Below, piece after piece: positions 49,027 to 61,710 of a stretch of 64,000 nucleotides of DNA (the first letter of the stretch is position 1; each line of letters starts with the position of its first letter). The notes beneath the pieces are model-generated. The model saw only the letters and a program-made list of their open reading frames with translations, was not told where the DNA came from and searched no databases. Made by a program: the position numbers and the translations under genes. Origin of the DNA: the human T2T-CHM13v2.0 reference genome, Homo sapiens. The stretch lies in assembly GCF_009914755.1 (NCBI RefSeq), contig NC_060937.1; one strand, 5' to 3'.

Positions 49027-51129
49027 AAACCAGAGCAGTGGAATATCTTAACAATTTGACTTTTATCCAGAACTGAGGCTCTTTATTTGTTAGAACTAAG
49101 CATTTGGTCCAAGATTTTCTAATTCTTTCTGTGGGAACTTGAATCAGCACCCCCTCCCCAAGCTCCCACAGAAGAAGCAGATGGGGATCTTGGCAAGGTT
49201 TGGAAGTCCAGGACTTGGACAGGTTGAGAGTTCTATTTGCCAGGCTGAATTGCTTGTAATTAAAAAGCTTATCCTCCTACTTTTTTGCGCTTCTGAACTT
49301 ATCTGAAGAATCAACAGAGTATTTAATCATGCATAGAAACAAATCTGTGCATATAAGTGAAAATCTGCATTTAAAGGCAGGTGCTTACCAGGAGAGATGA
49401 GTCACGTAAGCTGGTTAGGGTGAAGTTAAGCTCTCTAATGTTGACTTGACATGTCTTGTTTTAAAGGGTGATAGGGTATGATCAGTGTTTTGTGTACAGG
49501 TTAGGGCTGGGGTATGGAACTCTACCCCCTTCCTTCTCTATTTGTTTCCTTCATCTCCTTGCCTAAAAAGTGCCTACAATAAGCACTCTGCATATTTTGG
49601 GTCTTCTTAGTGACACTTACTGACACCAGATTGTTAACGTTTATCTGCTTTCTACAACAGAAAAGAAAATAACTCATTAGTCTTGACATTTTAATGTGTG
49701 AGGGTTTTGAGACAAAAAATAATTTGGCTCCTTCCGGACTAAGTTGTGCTAATTGCCAGATTGTACTCATGTTAGGAAATTGAGAACAAAGTGAAGCATG
49801 ACCACTTGAGGCTCTTGGGATAATGAGAGTTTTAGGTTATTGTCAGAAATTACGGATTTTTTCTTGAAAATATTTTAAAGGAGGTGAGTAGGTGACATTT
49901 TTCCCCCTTCAGGAGTTCTTACTGGGGGCATTGATGATTTTCGGAGTGGAAGTGGAGGTGGCAATGGCAGGAAACATTGTAGTTTATGTACCACATGTTA
50001 GCAAAGAAGGGCGTTCTCTCTGTGTGTGTTAGTGGTGGGAGCATTTACTAAATCTAACCAAAGCCTGATTGTGTACAGACTTTCAGGGAAGGAGCAGAAG
50101 ATGTTACTTTTATGGGCTCCCTTACAGGGTGATAAAGACTTGTGCGGCTGCTTGGAAGTATTTCACCCCTGCAGTCATGTTCCTTTCACTCAGGCCAACA
50201 GCCTCAACTCCAGCTCTGAATCTGCCACGAAGGCAACTAGACATGAAAAGTCCCAATTTTACAGCTTGCTCTGGTAGCCATGCCAAGGTGAGCTAGAGAC
50301 AGCAAAGGGATAGAAAAGCATTGCTAAACTGGAGCTTTGATTTTAAAAATGGAGACCTGCTGGCAAAAGATGAGACTTGGTTACATTTAGTCAGTCCCAA
50401 CTCTGAGCTGTCATTGCACAAGAGCAGCCACAAGCCGGGGGTTTCCACATGCTGTCCATTAGGAACCAGGGTCTCTTCTATCTAGGTGGCACTGCCAGGC
50501 ACTCTCAGATCTTACCTGCTCACATTCATTTATGTAACTTCTCTTTCTTGCAGTTTAACACACATGTCTGTCTATCTCTTTCACACTCACACACAATGAG
50601 ATTTAGTAACCCATTTTAATGAGGCAATTATATTTTAACTCTATTATGTGCAATTATGCACTCTTTTAAATTGCCTCAGCTGGAGTGCCCTGGTGTTGGT
50701 ATCTCACTGGCACTTACTTGCTGGTCCCTGGGGACCAGCTGGGCAGCTGAACCCGGAACACTGCCACTCCTCCTGGCCCCTACTGCCACTCCACAGGTGG
50801 CTTAGCACTGCCACAGGGCGGGACAATTGCAATTTCCTGGCCCACCCAGTGGAGCTCTTGATTACTGTGTGGGTGGCCTAGATCTTTCTCATCTGCTTTG
50901 CTGTACCAGCAGGATTGTTTATCCAGGGCTCAGAGCCCCAGGTAGTCCTCTAGCTTGGAGGGGCCAGAAAAACAAACCTGGATAATCATAGCCATGCCCT
51001 TAATCTGATGTTTTTTCTTTTTAGTCATCTAGGCTCTAGGTTCCTGGGGGTGGGAGTCAGAAGCAGAGACTCCTAATACACTCATCTTCATACTACCTTT
51101 GCAGTCAAGGCTCAGTGGTAACTTTTCAT

Positions 51130-51790
51130 AAGAAAGTTGTAATTACGTGATATCTGCTTCATTTAAAATAATATATGATACTATTATATATCATAATATA
51201 TATAATATGCAGGCACCTATAGACTTCACTACTCAACTCAATAACTGGAATGTTTCAAATACTCTTGCATCTGCCTGTGCATATGTATCCCACCCCCCGC
51301 CTACCATCAGAGGGAAGCATTTGCTTGAATTTTGCCCTGACCTTTCACTTGATTTTTTTAAGGTTTTATCACATATGTATGTATCCCTATTCATTATTTT
51401 TTAGTTTTGCATATTAAGGTAAAATTATTCTGTAGGTAGCCTTCTGTAATGTTTTTTCCCCACTTAACATAATGTTAAGATTCATCTCTGCACCTCTGTG
51501 GAGTTGTAGTTCATTTATCTTCATTGCTGTATAATCCACTGTGACAAGTTAGTCACCCTCCTGTCAACAGAATGTCTGGAGCTTTTCTAAAGTCTTTTGT
51601 TTCTTTAGCATTGTGAACAATGCTTCCATAACACTCCTATGTACACATACTAGTGTTATGCATGAGAATTTCCCTACCTTGGAGTGAAATTCCTAGGTTA
51701 CAGAATATGAGAATGTTCAAGATTATAAGAGAGTGCCAAATTGTTTTTCAGAGTGGTTGAACCAACTTATACTTTCTCCAGCCAGGCAGT
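51130..51790 (-). mobile_element. Old L1 3' end (L1ME/MC-like)
   Basis: gtagttcatttatcttcattgctgtataat, ggagtgaaattcctaggt, gccaaattgtttttcagagtggttgaaccaacttatact. Confidence 0.7.
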
Positions 51791-51854
51791 TGCAATATTC
51801 CAGATTACCATGTTCTGTGTCCCATGTGATATTAAGAGTACATTTAGAAATGAA

Positions 51855-52050
51855 TTCCAGCTGTTGGCCGTGGGACCTGGGAAAGATTACTTGCTCTCTC
51901 TAAGCCTGTTTTCTCATCTGCAAAGTAGGAATTATAAATTGCATTAAGGTATAGGTTTATTGTGAGAACTAAAATAATCTGTGCAAAGCCAGGTAATCTA
52001 GTACAGAGCTAGATACACAATAGTGTCCAACAATTATTAGAAATTATTAT
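51855..52050 (+). mobile_element. MIR
   Basis: gggacctgggaaagattacttgctctctctaagcctgttttctcatctgcaaagtaggaatt. Confidence 0.7.
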
Positions 52051-52096
52051 TTTATGTTAAAACTGAAGAGTAGAGGGAAATAGTCGAATACAGTAC

Positions 52097-52448
52097 TGCT
52101 ATAGTCTGAAAGTTTCTGTCTCCCCTGAAATTCATATGTTGAAACCTAACCCCCAAGGTAATGGTATTAAGAGAGCGGGGCCTTCGGTTGGTGATTAGGT
52201 CATGTGGCTGGATCCCTCATGAAAGGGTTTTGTGCCCTTATAAAATAGGCATGAGAGAGCTTGTTTGCCTCTTCCACCACGTGGAAGGTCCCATCTTTGA
52301 AGCAGAGAACAAGCCCTCACCAGACTCTGAATCTGCTGATGCCTTTGATCTTGGACTTCCCAGCTCCTAGAACTGTGAGCAATACATTTCTGTTTATAAA
52401 TTACCCAGTCGAAGGTATTTTGTTAAGCAGCCCGAACTAACTAAAACA
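52097..52448 (+). mobile_element. MaLR solo LTR (MSTD/MLT1A-like)
   Basis: TG...CA ends and 5-bp TSD agtac/agtag. aaattcatatgttgaaacctaacccc, gatcttggacttcccagc. Confidence 0.88.
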
Positions 52449-53461
52449 AGTAGCTAACATCTAGCAGTCATGCTGTTGAACTCTTTACCTTATAGTACCA
52501 CACACAATTTAAATCTGTCCTGCAAAGAAAATTAGAAATCAATATCGGGAAGTGAAAATATTCTCCAGTTCATATCACAAGTGGTAGGCAGTTTGGTAAT
52601 TTATCTAATTAACACCCACGACTACTGCTATTGTCTTACACATATTAGTTAGGTTTTCTTTTTGGGCTGCAGTGGAATGCCACTGACCTCAGCACTCCAG
52701 AAGACAACACATGCCACACAAAGACTCCCTCACATTGACGGAGGTGTCCTTAGAGACAGCTAACAGGGATGCTAAGAGCAGCCAACATTTCCACAGGGCT
52801 TTCACAAAGCGCATTCATGTATGGCCTCTCATTAGCCTCCTCACTGAGGTCCTCAAAGTTACATGTTATTTCTCATTCAATTTTTACAGATAAAGCAGCA
52901 ACAGTAAGAGACAATTAAGTGATTTGTCTTATATGACAGAAGCTTGACTGAAGCCCAGGTCTTCTGTCACTGGATCCAGTATTTTTTTCCACTGCCTCAC
53001 CCTGCCCCCTGTATTATGCTCCATAGTACGTGTTTATCGTGTTTATTCATTTTTCCTTTCAGTGCTATTTAATTTAATCCATTTGATTAAAAAGAGAAAG
53101 AAATCCATTTGTGTCTCCAGAGGTGGCTATAGCCATTAGTCAGAATACTGAACAAAGTTCACTGTCAAATTTGCTTAAAGAGGAATGGTGCAAGAATTAA
53201 TTGTGAAAGGCTTATTTGAAATGAAAAAGGCCTAAGATCACGGGCTTTCATTTCTCCCAATCAAGTTTTAATTACTGAAAAGTTTAGTAACAGCTGAAGC
53301 GTGTAGTTACCGCACTCTTTATTGCCAAGAGGTTTTTTCAAAAGGACTTCCACCGCCTCATTGCCTTCTCTTCTTGTTTCTACAAGACCTCACTTGATAA
53401 CATTAATTGTCTTTTTAGTTCACTTTCATTAAAGAAAATCCTACATTCTCTGGGGCTCAAG

Positions 53462-53492
53462 CATTAGCTGCTCCTCATTAGCTGCTCCTCAT
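53462..53492 (+). repeat. Perfect 14-bp tandem duplication (cattagctgctcct)x2.2
   Basis: Read directly from the sequence. Confidence 0.93.
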
Positions 53493-56400
53493 GTCATGTA
53501 AGTAGCTGCAGATCAGGTCCATGCAGACACGTGTGGCACTGCTGAGCACTGCCACCCCCTCCCACATCAGCAGGAAGAAAGCCTGCCACTGCTTAGGGTC
53601 ATTCCATACAAGGTTGATGGGCAGGGCCACCAATTCCCAACAACTTAAGGCCTGTCCTCTGCATATCACTCAGCAGGTAACAGATCCAACCATCTTTCTG
53701 GCTTGTTTCCCGCAGGTACTGAAAGGCATTTGCTGTGTTTAAGTCATCCTGTAAGATTTCCAAGCACTTCTTTGTCCATCGTCTCCACACTGGACAAGAA
53801 TAGCCAGGTGTGTGTCCCAGAGACACCTGGAGGGAGTTATAGTGAGGGGTAACTGGTGGCTCACCCGCTGCCCAGGGCTCCCCAGGGAGACCCGGCCCTG
53901 CTGCTCAGTCCTGCCACTTGGTCTTCACAGTAAGCTTTGTGACTGGGCCCTGGAGTCAGAGTCAAGGAAGTGCATTGGCACAGAAGGATGGTCCTCTGCA
54001 GGAGGACAGTCTTGGTTCCATCTCTCATTTGGGCTGCTGCCTTGGCAAAGTACATTTAACTCCACTGGCCTTTTCTTACTTGCCTGAGGAAGATAATACA
54101 AATATATAGTCTACCCACCTCACCAAATTGTTTTGAGCATCCCTGAAAGTAATGACTTGAAAGCTTAATTGTATAAAGTAACTGAAAAGCACATATGATC
54201 TTATGGTTATTAAAAATGACCACGGGCCCTTCTCATCTCATCCCCCTGCCTGATTCACTTTTTCATTTATCCATTCAACACCTTTTTCTAATGCTTGCCA
54301 GGTTCCTGGCGCTATACTTGGTGCTGGGGGGAAAAGCACTGAACAAGATACATACCTTCCAAGGGTGCAAGGTAGGGGTGAGAAGGCTGAAGCCTGGCAC
54401 AGAGTAGAAATAAAACTACCGCTGTCTCATTCAAAAACTTCCTCCCAAATTAAGTACAAAGGCCTCAGCCTCCTTTCCAGGTCTTCCCCAGCAAGGCCCT
54501 GTCCTGCTGGTCCAGTTCTGGTGCTGGTCCTCACAGCAAGCTTGGTGTGATTAGAACCCAGAGCATGTATCGGAAGATATGTGTTCTCTGAACACATCTT
54601 GTGTTTCATCTCTGCTCACATTGTTTCCTGAAATGTCTTCCCTTGCTCCAGTTTTGCTTAACCTCTTACAGTAGTTGTCAAACTTTTCCTGATTTCCTCT
54701 CCTGACCCACTGATGACTCTCCTACCTCTGAGCCTCCAGAATATATTGTACCTGCTTCACATCATAATTCTTTGCATATTTTATTCAATAAACATCTCTT
54801 GAGTCCTATCATGTGTCAGGCATTTGGCTCAGCACTAAGCATTCTATTTTAAGCCAAACAGACATGATTCCTGCCCTCAGGGAGCTTGTAGTCTTTATTT
54901 CTTCAGCTCTCCATTGTTTGAGGGTTGAGGGCTGGATCTTTCTCATCTTTGTGTTCTTTATAGGACACCAGCCTCTGAACATCAGTTGAACTGGTCTTTT
55001 AAAGTTAGAGGAGCTGTCAATAAACACCTGACATAGGCTTTCCTAAAGTTCCCTGGCACCATGGAGTCACATCACGTATCATCTGTTTCCTGGCCTAGGG
55101 GCTCTTCTCAGACTCACTGTGCTGGCCTGAGAACTCAGTTCTTGACCTCTTAAGGATGGTCCAGGTAGCCAAGTACTTGATTTTCCTTATGGTCTTTTTA
55201 GGAAACAGACATCCTTCTTCCAATTACCTTGGGCTCTCCTGCCCCCATTGAGGAACTGAAGGCTTTTACAGAGCCTCCAAATGTTCCAGCCAGAGGCTCT
55301 AGTTGCAAAGCAGTTGCTAGCTGGTGAAGACCTGCCCTCCTGCCACTGTCTCTGGGGACTATCTTCTTTCGGAACATTTGCCATTTTGGATCACCAATTT
55401 GGGGCCAGGAGCTTTGTATATTTTATGTCTCCTCCTAACATCAAACTGACAAGGTAGACCTGGGTCTCTGTTTATTAGTCGAGAATCGGAAGGGCTTTAG
55501 AGATGGAGGGACTTGCCCCAGTGGCACAGCAAGATCAAAGCCATTTCTATCCACCCCCACTCCTCTTACCTCTCCACCTTCCCTCCATCCTAATGCCAGG
55601 AAGGGAAAAATAGCCTGTCTGTCTTCAAGGCAGCCAGAGGGAGGAGATGACTTCCAAGGGTGCAGGTCATTTGGGATATTTACAAACACTTATTTCTTAG
55701 GAAGAGGCTTAGGCCTAAATGGAAGCCACAATAGGCACTTTCCAAATCAACTTCCTTGGTAGTGTGAGGGGAAAGATCTTTACATGATCTTAAGCACTGG
55801 AGATTGTCTATTTCTGAGACTCCTGACAAAGAGAAAGATAATTTATGCCATTTTTACATTTTTCCACTAACAGCCAAACAGGCAGGGACACCATAATTCT
55901 CAATTATTAGAAGCTGCGTATGTTTTACCTCTGCTTCAATTAGAACAAGAGGAAAACAAAAGCCCTGAACTGAAGAGTGAATGATTTTAGATTGGCGGCA
56001 CCCATTTAATAAAAGAGCTGGGCCACTATCACTTAGGAGTTACTCTATTTAGAGAGAATAATCACTGGAATGTAGAAACTCTGTTCCAGCCTGACTCCAA
56101 TCAGGATTCTTTTAAAGCTAGTAGTTTTGAGGAAATAGGTTAATTATTTTTTATTACTTAAGTTCTATCCACCTCACAATCAGCTACTTATTGCTTAAAA
56201 GTCAATGCATTCCTTAGAATAAGAAATGCTTTGGATAGCACATGTAAAACCTATCATGGTGTACTCTAATTGGTCCAGATGGAAATGGAAATTACAAACC
56301 TATTGACATTTTTGCTTTTTTTTTTTTTTACCCAATCATGTCTAAATACTGACCAAAATAAACCTAGAAATTAATCATACAAGGGAATGTGAAGGTTGGC

Positions 56401-56877
56401 AGACGTTTGGTTAGAAATCCATAGGAGTATGTGGTGTGGGCTGACTGTACAGGCTTCGAAACTGCCCCACAGTCACAGATCAGGATGGTCAAATTGCAGG
56501 AAATGACCGGCTGACTGCTTCCCTGACTATGTTTAAAGGGCAAATGAGAGCATGCTATTTATAGGATGCTCATCAATAAGCTCCAAGTTCATAGCTGCCG
56601 AAGGAAACCTTAGTCTTGACTTTCAAAGTCTTCCACATTATTCTTTCCCAAACCACATATCATTTTAAAACTTTATGAAGGTAATACACATTTTGAAGTC
56701 TTCTTTTTGCCAGTGAAAAATCATTTTTCCCCTAAATGTTAGGCCAGTTGTTTCTGGTATTTACAGAAGAATATAAGATATTTATTAAACATTGTTTTAA
56801 AAAACAAATATGAGAACTATATTTAGTATTTGTTACAACTGATGCTCAAAAACTCTTTGGTGGTGTTGGATATTTAA

Positions 56878-57315
<438 letters not shown>

Positions 57316-57559
57316 TGGAAAAAAATTTCAAAGTTTATATTTTCACACCATTGCAAAATCAGTGTGATTGTATTCAGATAATTCCGAGAGATTGCAAATT
57401 TATTATTAATAGTTACATTAAAAGAGGCTATAAAAATGCAAAGCTACAAAAATGACAATGAAATATCAACACTCAGGCAGGGGAATGGGCATTTCCATTG
57501 CTCATTGCTCTCCCAGCCTTGGAGGAAGTTCTGCTTTTGCTGGGAGGCCGTCAGGCATC

Positions 57560-57800
57560 ATGGGTGGGTGTGTCTGCTCGGGAGCCAGGCCTGGCCTGGA
57601 GGTTCCATTTCGTTTGTCATCTGTTACCTAAGGTAAGTTACTCTGGGAAAGTAACATAACCTAGTTTGTCTCAGTTTCCTCATTGGTCAGATGAGGCTAA
57701 TGATGTTGTGACTCAAATAAGTTAAGACAGGTAAAAAGTGTAGAACAGTGGAGGGCACAAAATCAGCATTCACTGGATGTTAGCTCTTCTTATTTTCATT
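57560..57800 (+). mobile_element. MIR
   Basis: ctctgggaaagtaacataacctagtttgtctcagtttcctcatt...gtaaaaagtgtagaacagtg. Confidence 0.65.
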
Positions 57801-58212
57801 ATAGTTATGTTTCTAGGATTAGATTTGAGAAAAAGAAAAAGTATACAACAGCTCAGTTTTCTCCACACACTCTACCCACTTGGTATAATGGGAAAAGTTC
57901 TAGATGAAGAACGAGGACATCTGGGATCCAGTCCTGACTTTGACTTTCACTAGCCTTTGACCTTACTATACATCCTGGGTTTTGGTTTCCTCATCACTAA
58001 AACTGAGGGGGGTTGTACAGAAGGCTCCCTGCTCCCATTCACCCCTCACATCCTGTGACCTTGCTTGAGTGGCTCACAAAGCCCTAATAATGTAGTTCTT
58101 TTTCATGTAGTTTTACATTTTAATACAATACCGAAACAAATTAAAGCATCTGGAATCCAGCTACAGTAAAAGCTGGAAATATCCTAAAATAATCTTTCAG
58201 AGATACATCTGA

Positions 58213-58512
<300 letters not shown>

Positions 58513-59529
58513 GAAAGTTTTGTTTTAGGCAAAATTCTGATCAGCAAAAAGCTGGAAAAACGTAACTATATTTTAAAAGATAAAGAAAACAACTACAAAA
58601 GAATAGTAGTATCAGCACTTTCCTTCCAGTGTTTGGCTTTGTTTCTAGGAACTCTGAGGTGAAAAAAAAGAGGCAGAGGAGGGAGGAGGAGTAGGCAGAA
58701 GGGGAGCAAGAGGATACAACTTGTGTGCTATGTGTGGTTGTTATTTTAAGGAAGTTTATTCTGACCAATTTTATCCAAAGAATAAATCAACAAACACCCA
58801 GAAGCAATCTGCCCTAAGTTTTTTATTTCCAATATAGACCTAATCAGAATAATCAGGTTTTGTCAAAAAAGTTTCCAGTAAAATAGCTGTCTCTGTCTTC
58901 TCCATTGTTATTGTTAGATATTAGCCCTTCTGATCTTGCACAGTCCCCTTGCCTGGTAACGTTAACTAAGTAAATATTAATACTGTACACTTTTCCTTTG
59001 GAAAATGAAGGAGAACAAATGGGAAAAGATGTAACAAATGTTCTGCAGCCCTGTTATAAATATTTTATGAATGAATCAGAGAAATTGAAGATGAAAAAAG
59101 CCCACTAATTCAGCCAGTACCCTGATGTCTACTGCTGTATTCTTTCAAGCGGTTTGTCTGGTCTGGTCTTTAGTGACTCAGGTTATAGGGAATTTACCAC
59201 TTCTGTCGAAGCTGCTTTTGTAGTGGGGACTATCTAGCTGCTAGGAAAGTTTGTCAAATTCCCCTTGCTTTTGTTTAGTTTTCTCATTAGTCTCATTTGA
59301 TTTTGTTTATTTAATTGCTTATTTTTAGTGTCTTTAGATTCTTAATTGATTTCTACGTGTCTTTTCTATTGCTTTCTTTTTTGTTCATTCAGCTTTTCTC
59401 GCTTTAGTTGTTACCAGGAAGAAACCAAAACAGCTTTTTGGCTTGTAGATAGGTGAGAAGTAACAATTGGTTCCATCACCAAATTAACAACAACACTTGC
59501 TACATCAAGTGTTAGGCTAACTACTTTGC

Positions 59530-60090
59530 ATACATTATCTAATTTATTAAGCACCTTCTTTTTGCCAGACACTGAGAAGGCAAGGTTAAATATGACCCTG
59601 CCACTGTTGGCAGGGCCTTATAATGTAGTAGGGGAGATAAGCATTCAAATAGATAGTGTCAACACAGCATATTCAGTGTGTGGGGCTATTTTCAGAGTCA
59701 TCCTGGAGCACAGAGGGGGGTGTCCACTCCAGCAGTGAAGAGCAAGGAACGAGGGCAGAGGTCAGGTGGCATGGGAGAGAGATACCCCAGGTGAGTTGAC
59801 CCATAACCTGATTCCTGTAAGAATAAGAGTTAACTAGGTTAGAAGGGGGTGTGGAGCTGGAGAGGATAGCTACTTGGGAAACTACATAAAGTTTAATGTT
59901 ATTAGGTTGAAAAATGTGAGAGTTGTTGGAAGATGAGGTAGGCCAGGAGAAGAAACCGGCCAGGTTTGTATTACTTGGTGGAAAACTTGAACTTTGCTTT
60001 GGATTTTAAGAACAGAAATAAGGCTGCCATGTGAAGAACACACAGGAGGGGCAGCAGAGAGACTGGCATCTTTCCTGGTGAGGGATCACC
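59530..60090 (-). mobile_element. L2 fragment
   Basis: atttattaagcaccttctttttgccagacactg...gaccctgcc, ggattttaagaacagaaa. Confidence 0.6.
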
Positions 60091-60959
60091 AGTGTTGCAA
60101 TCGCAGAGTCAGGTTAGCTCTTCTTGGTTGGAGTATCTTTAAGGCCATCTGGTCTGACTCTAAATGACTAGGAAATTACTCATCATGTGCCTTCTAACTC
60201 TCTGAGTAGTTATTTCCATTTCCTTGATACTGAAAAAAGGGTAGTAGGGAATGTATGTTTGCTGCGGCCAGTGGGGTTATGTCAAATAATGGTTACTTAC
60301 TGACAGCAGTCTAACAGTTTCTGGGAAGACTAATGTGCTCCTAACTGCATATGTGGGAGAGAAACAAGAACTACCCATTTACTGAATATCCACTCTGTGC
60401 AAAGCCCAGTGCCATGGGCATTAACATTCATGGTATCAGCAAGGTGGCAGCAAAGAGTCAATCTTCTGAGAGTTAAGCAGTCCTAATCAACACATTATAG
60501 GAAATAACTATGTGCAGAAGTTATCCTGTCTAAGAGATGAGTTACTTATATTTTCCTCCCAGCCTAAAAGGAATAGTTTATAAAAAATAGTTAATACTTG
60601 AGGTTGATAGATTTAATACATATCCAATTTGGGTAAAGTGACTATGGTGTATTCTCAGGACAGGAAGGACCCTAAAGGATGCTATAATCTGACTAATTAT
60701 AATTGTAACAGGCTTCTCTGAAGTAATGTGTAATGGAAAGGTAGTGTCTGCCTAGAGCCTAGAAAAGGCAGCATAGGGCAAAAGGCCTTGACCAGCATTA
60801 ATTCATAACAACCAATGAAAGAAGGGACTATGTAGCTCATGTGCATTATTGATTTCTAAGTGTCTAAAAACACATCAGAATTTGCTGCAGCTTAGATAAA
60901 ACATTTACTGAACATGTATTGCCAGAATGTGAGCTTATTGATAATCTCCTTAGTATCAG

Positions 60960-61710
60960 GAGAGGATATAGCAGTAACGTGTAGACTCTGCCTTCAGACC
61001 CCCCTGGATTGGTATCTTGACTTTGCCACTTAGAAGCTGTATTAGTTATCTGTGAAAACAGAACAAATTATTCAAACTTAGTTATTTAAAACAATATTAT
61101 TTCACAGTTTCTCTAAGTCAGAGATTCAGAAGTGGCATAGTTGGGCAGTTTTGCCTCAGGGGCTATCATGGTTGTTGTCATCTGAAGGCTTGACTGGGGC
61201 AGGAGGGGAGCCACTGCCAGGGTGGCTTATCCACATGGCTGACACGTTGGTCTGGTTTTGGTCCTCCCCTTGTGGGCCTCCACACAGGCTGCCTGAGAGT
61301 CTTCACCACATGATGCCTGGCTTCCTTGAAAGTGAGAAATCCATGAGAATGCCAGGTAGAAGGAGTAGTGTCTTACATCCTAGCCTAAGAAGCATATGCC
61401 CTCACTTCCACCATATGCTTTTTATTAGAATTGAGTCTCTAAGTCTGGTTCAAATCAAGGGAGAAGGAAAATTATACTCCACTTTTTGAAGAGAGGAGTG
61501 TCAAAAAATTTGCATGCTACTGTAAACTGTCACACTGCGTGACCTTGAGCAATCTATTTAAAAGCTTTATGCTCCAATTTTTTCACCAGTAAAATAGAAA
61601 TGACATTAGTATCTGCTTTATAGAGTTGTAAGGATAAAATAAATCAATGTAAAGAGCTTAAAACAGTGCAGGGTGTATGGTAAGTGCTTTCAGTAAGATT
61701 AGCAATGATG
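60960..61710 (+). mobile_element. MIR split by the LTR (about 60960-61037 and 61535-61710)
   Basis: cttgactttgccacttagaagc | ctgcgtgaccttgagcaa...gtaaagagcttaaaacagtgc. Confidence 0.7.
61038..61534 (-). mobile_element. MLT1-type MaLR solo LTR inserted in a MIR
   Basis: tgtattagttatct...tcatctgaaggcttgactgggg...caaatcaagggagaaggaaaatt...tgtcaca. MIR sequence resumes on both sides. Confidence 0.8.

Noticed and set aside
50478-50495. CTCF-like motif ctaggtggcactg (similar partial matches near 50790 and 60440)
   Set aside because: The conserved 5' CC of the core is missing or misregistered, so the match is too weak to call.
48360-55689. Many 60-93 aa ORFs in the GC-richer downstream region
   Set aside because: Lengths are within chance expectation, many use non-ATG starts, and none shows a domain or splice-consistent structure.
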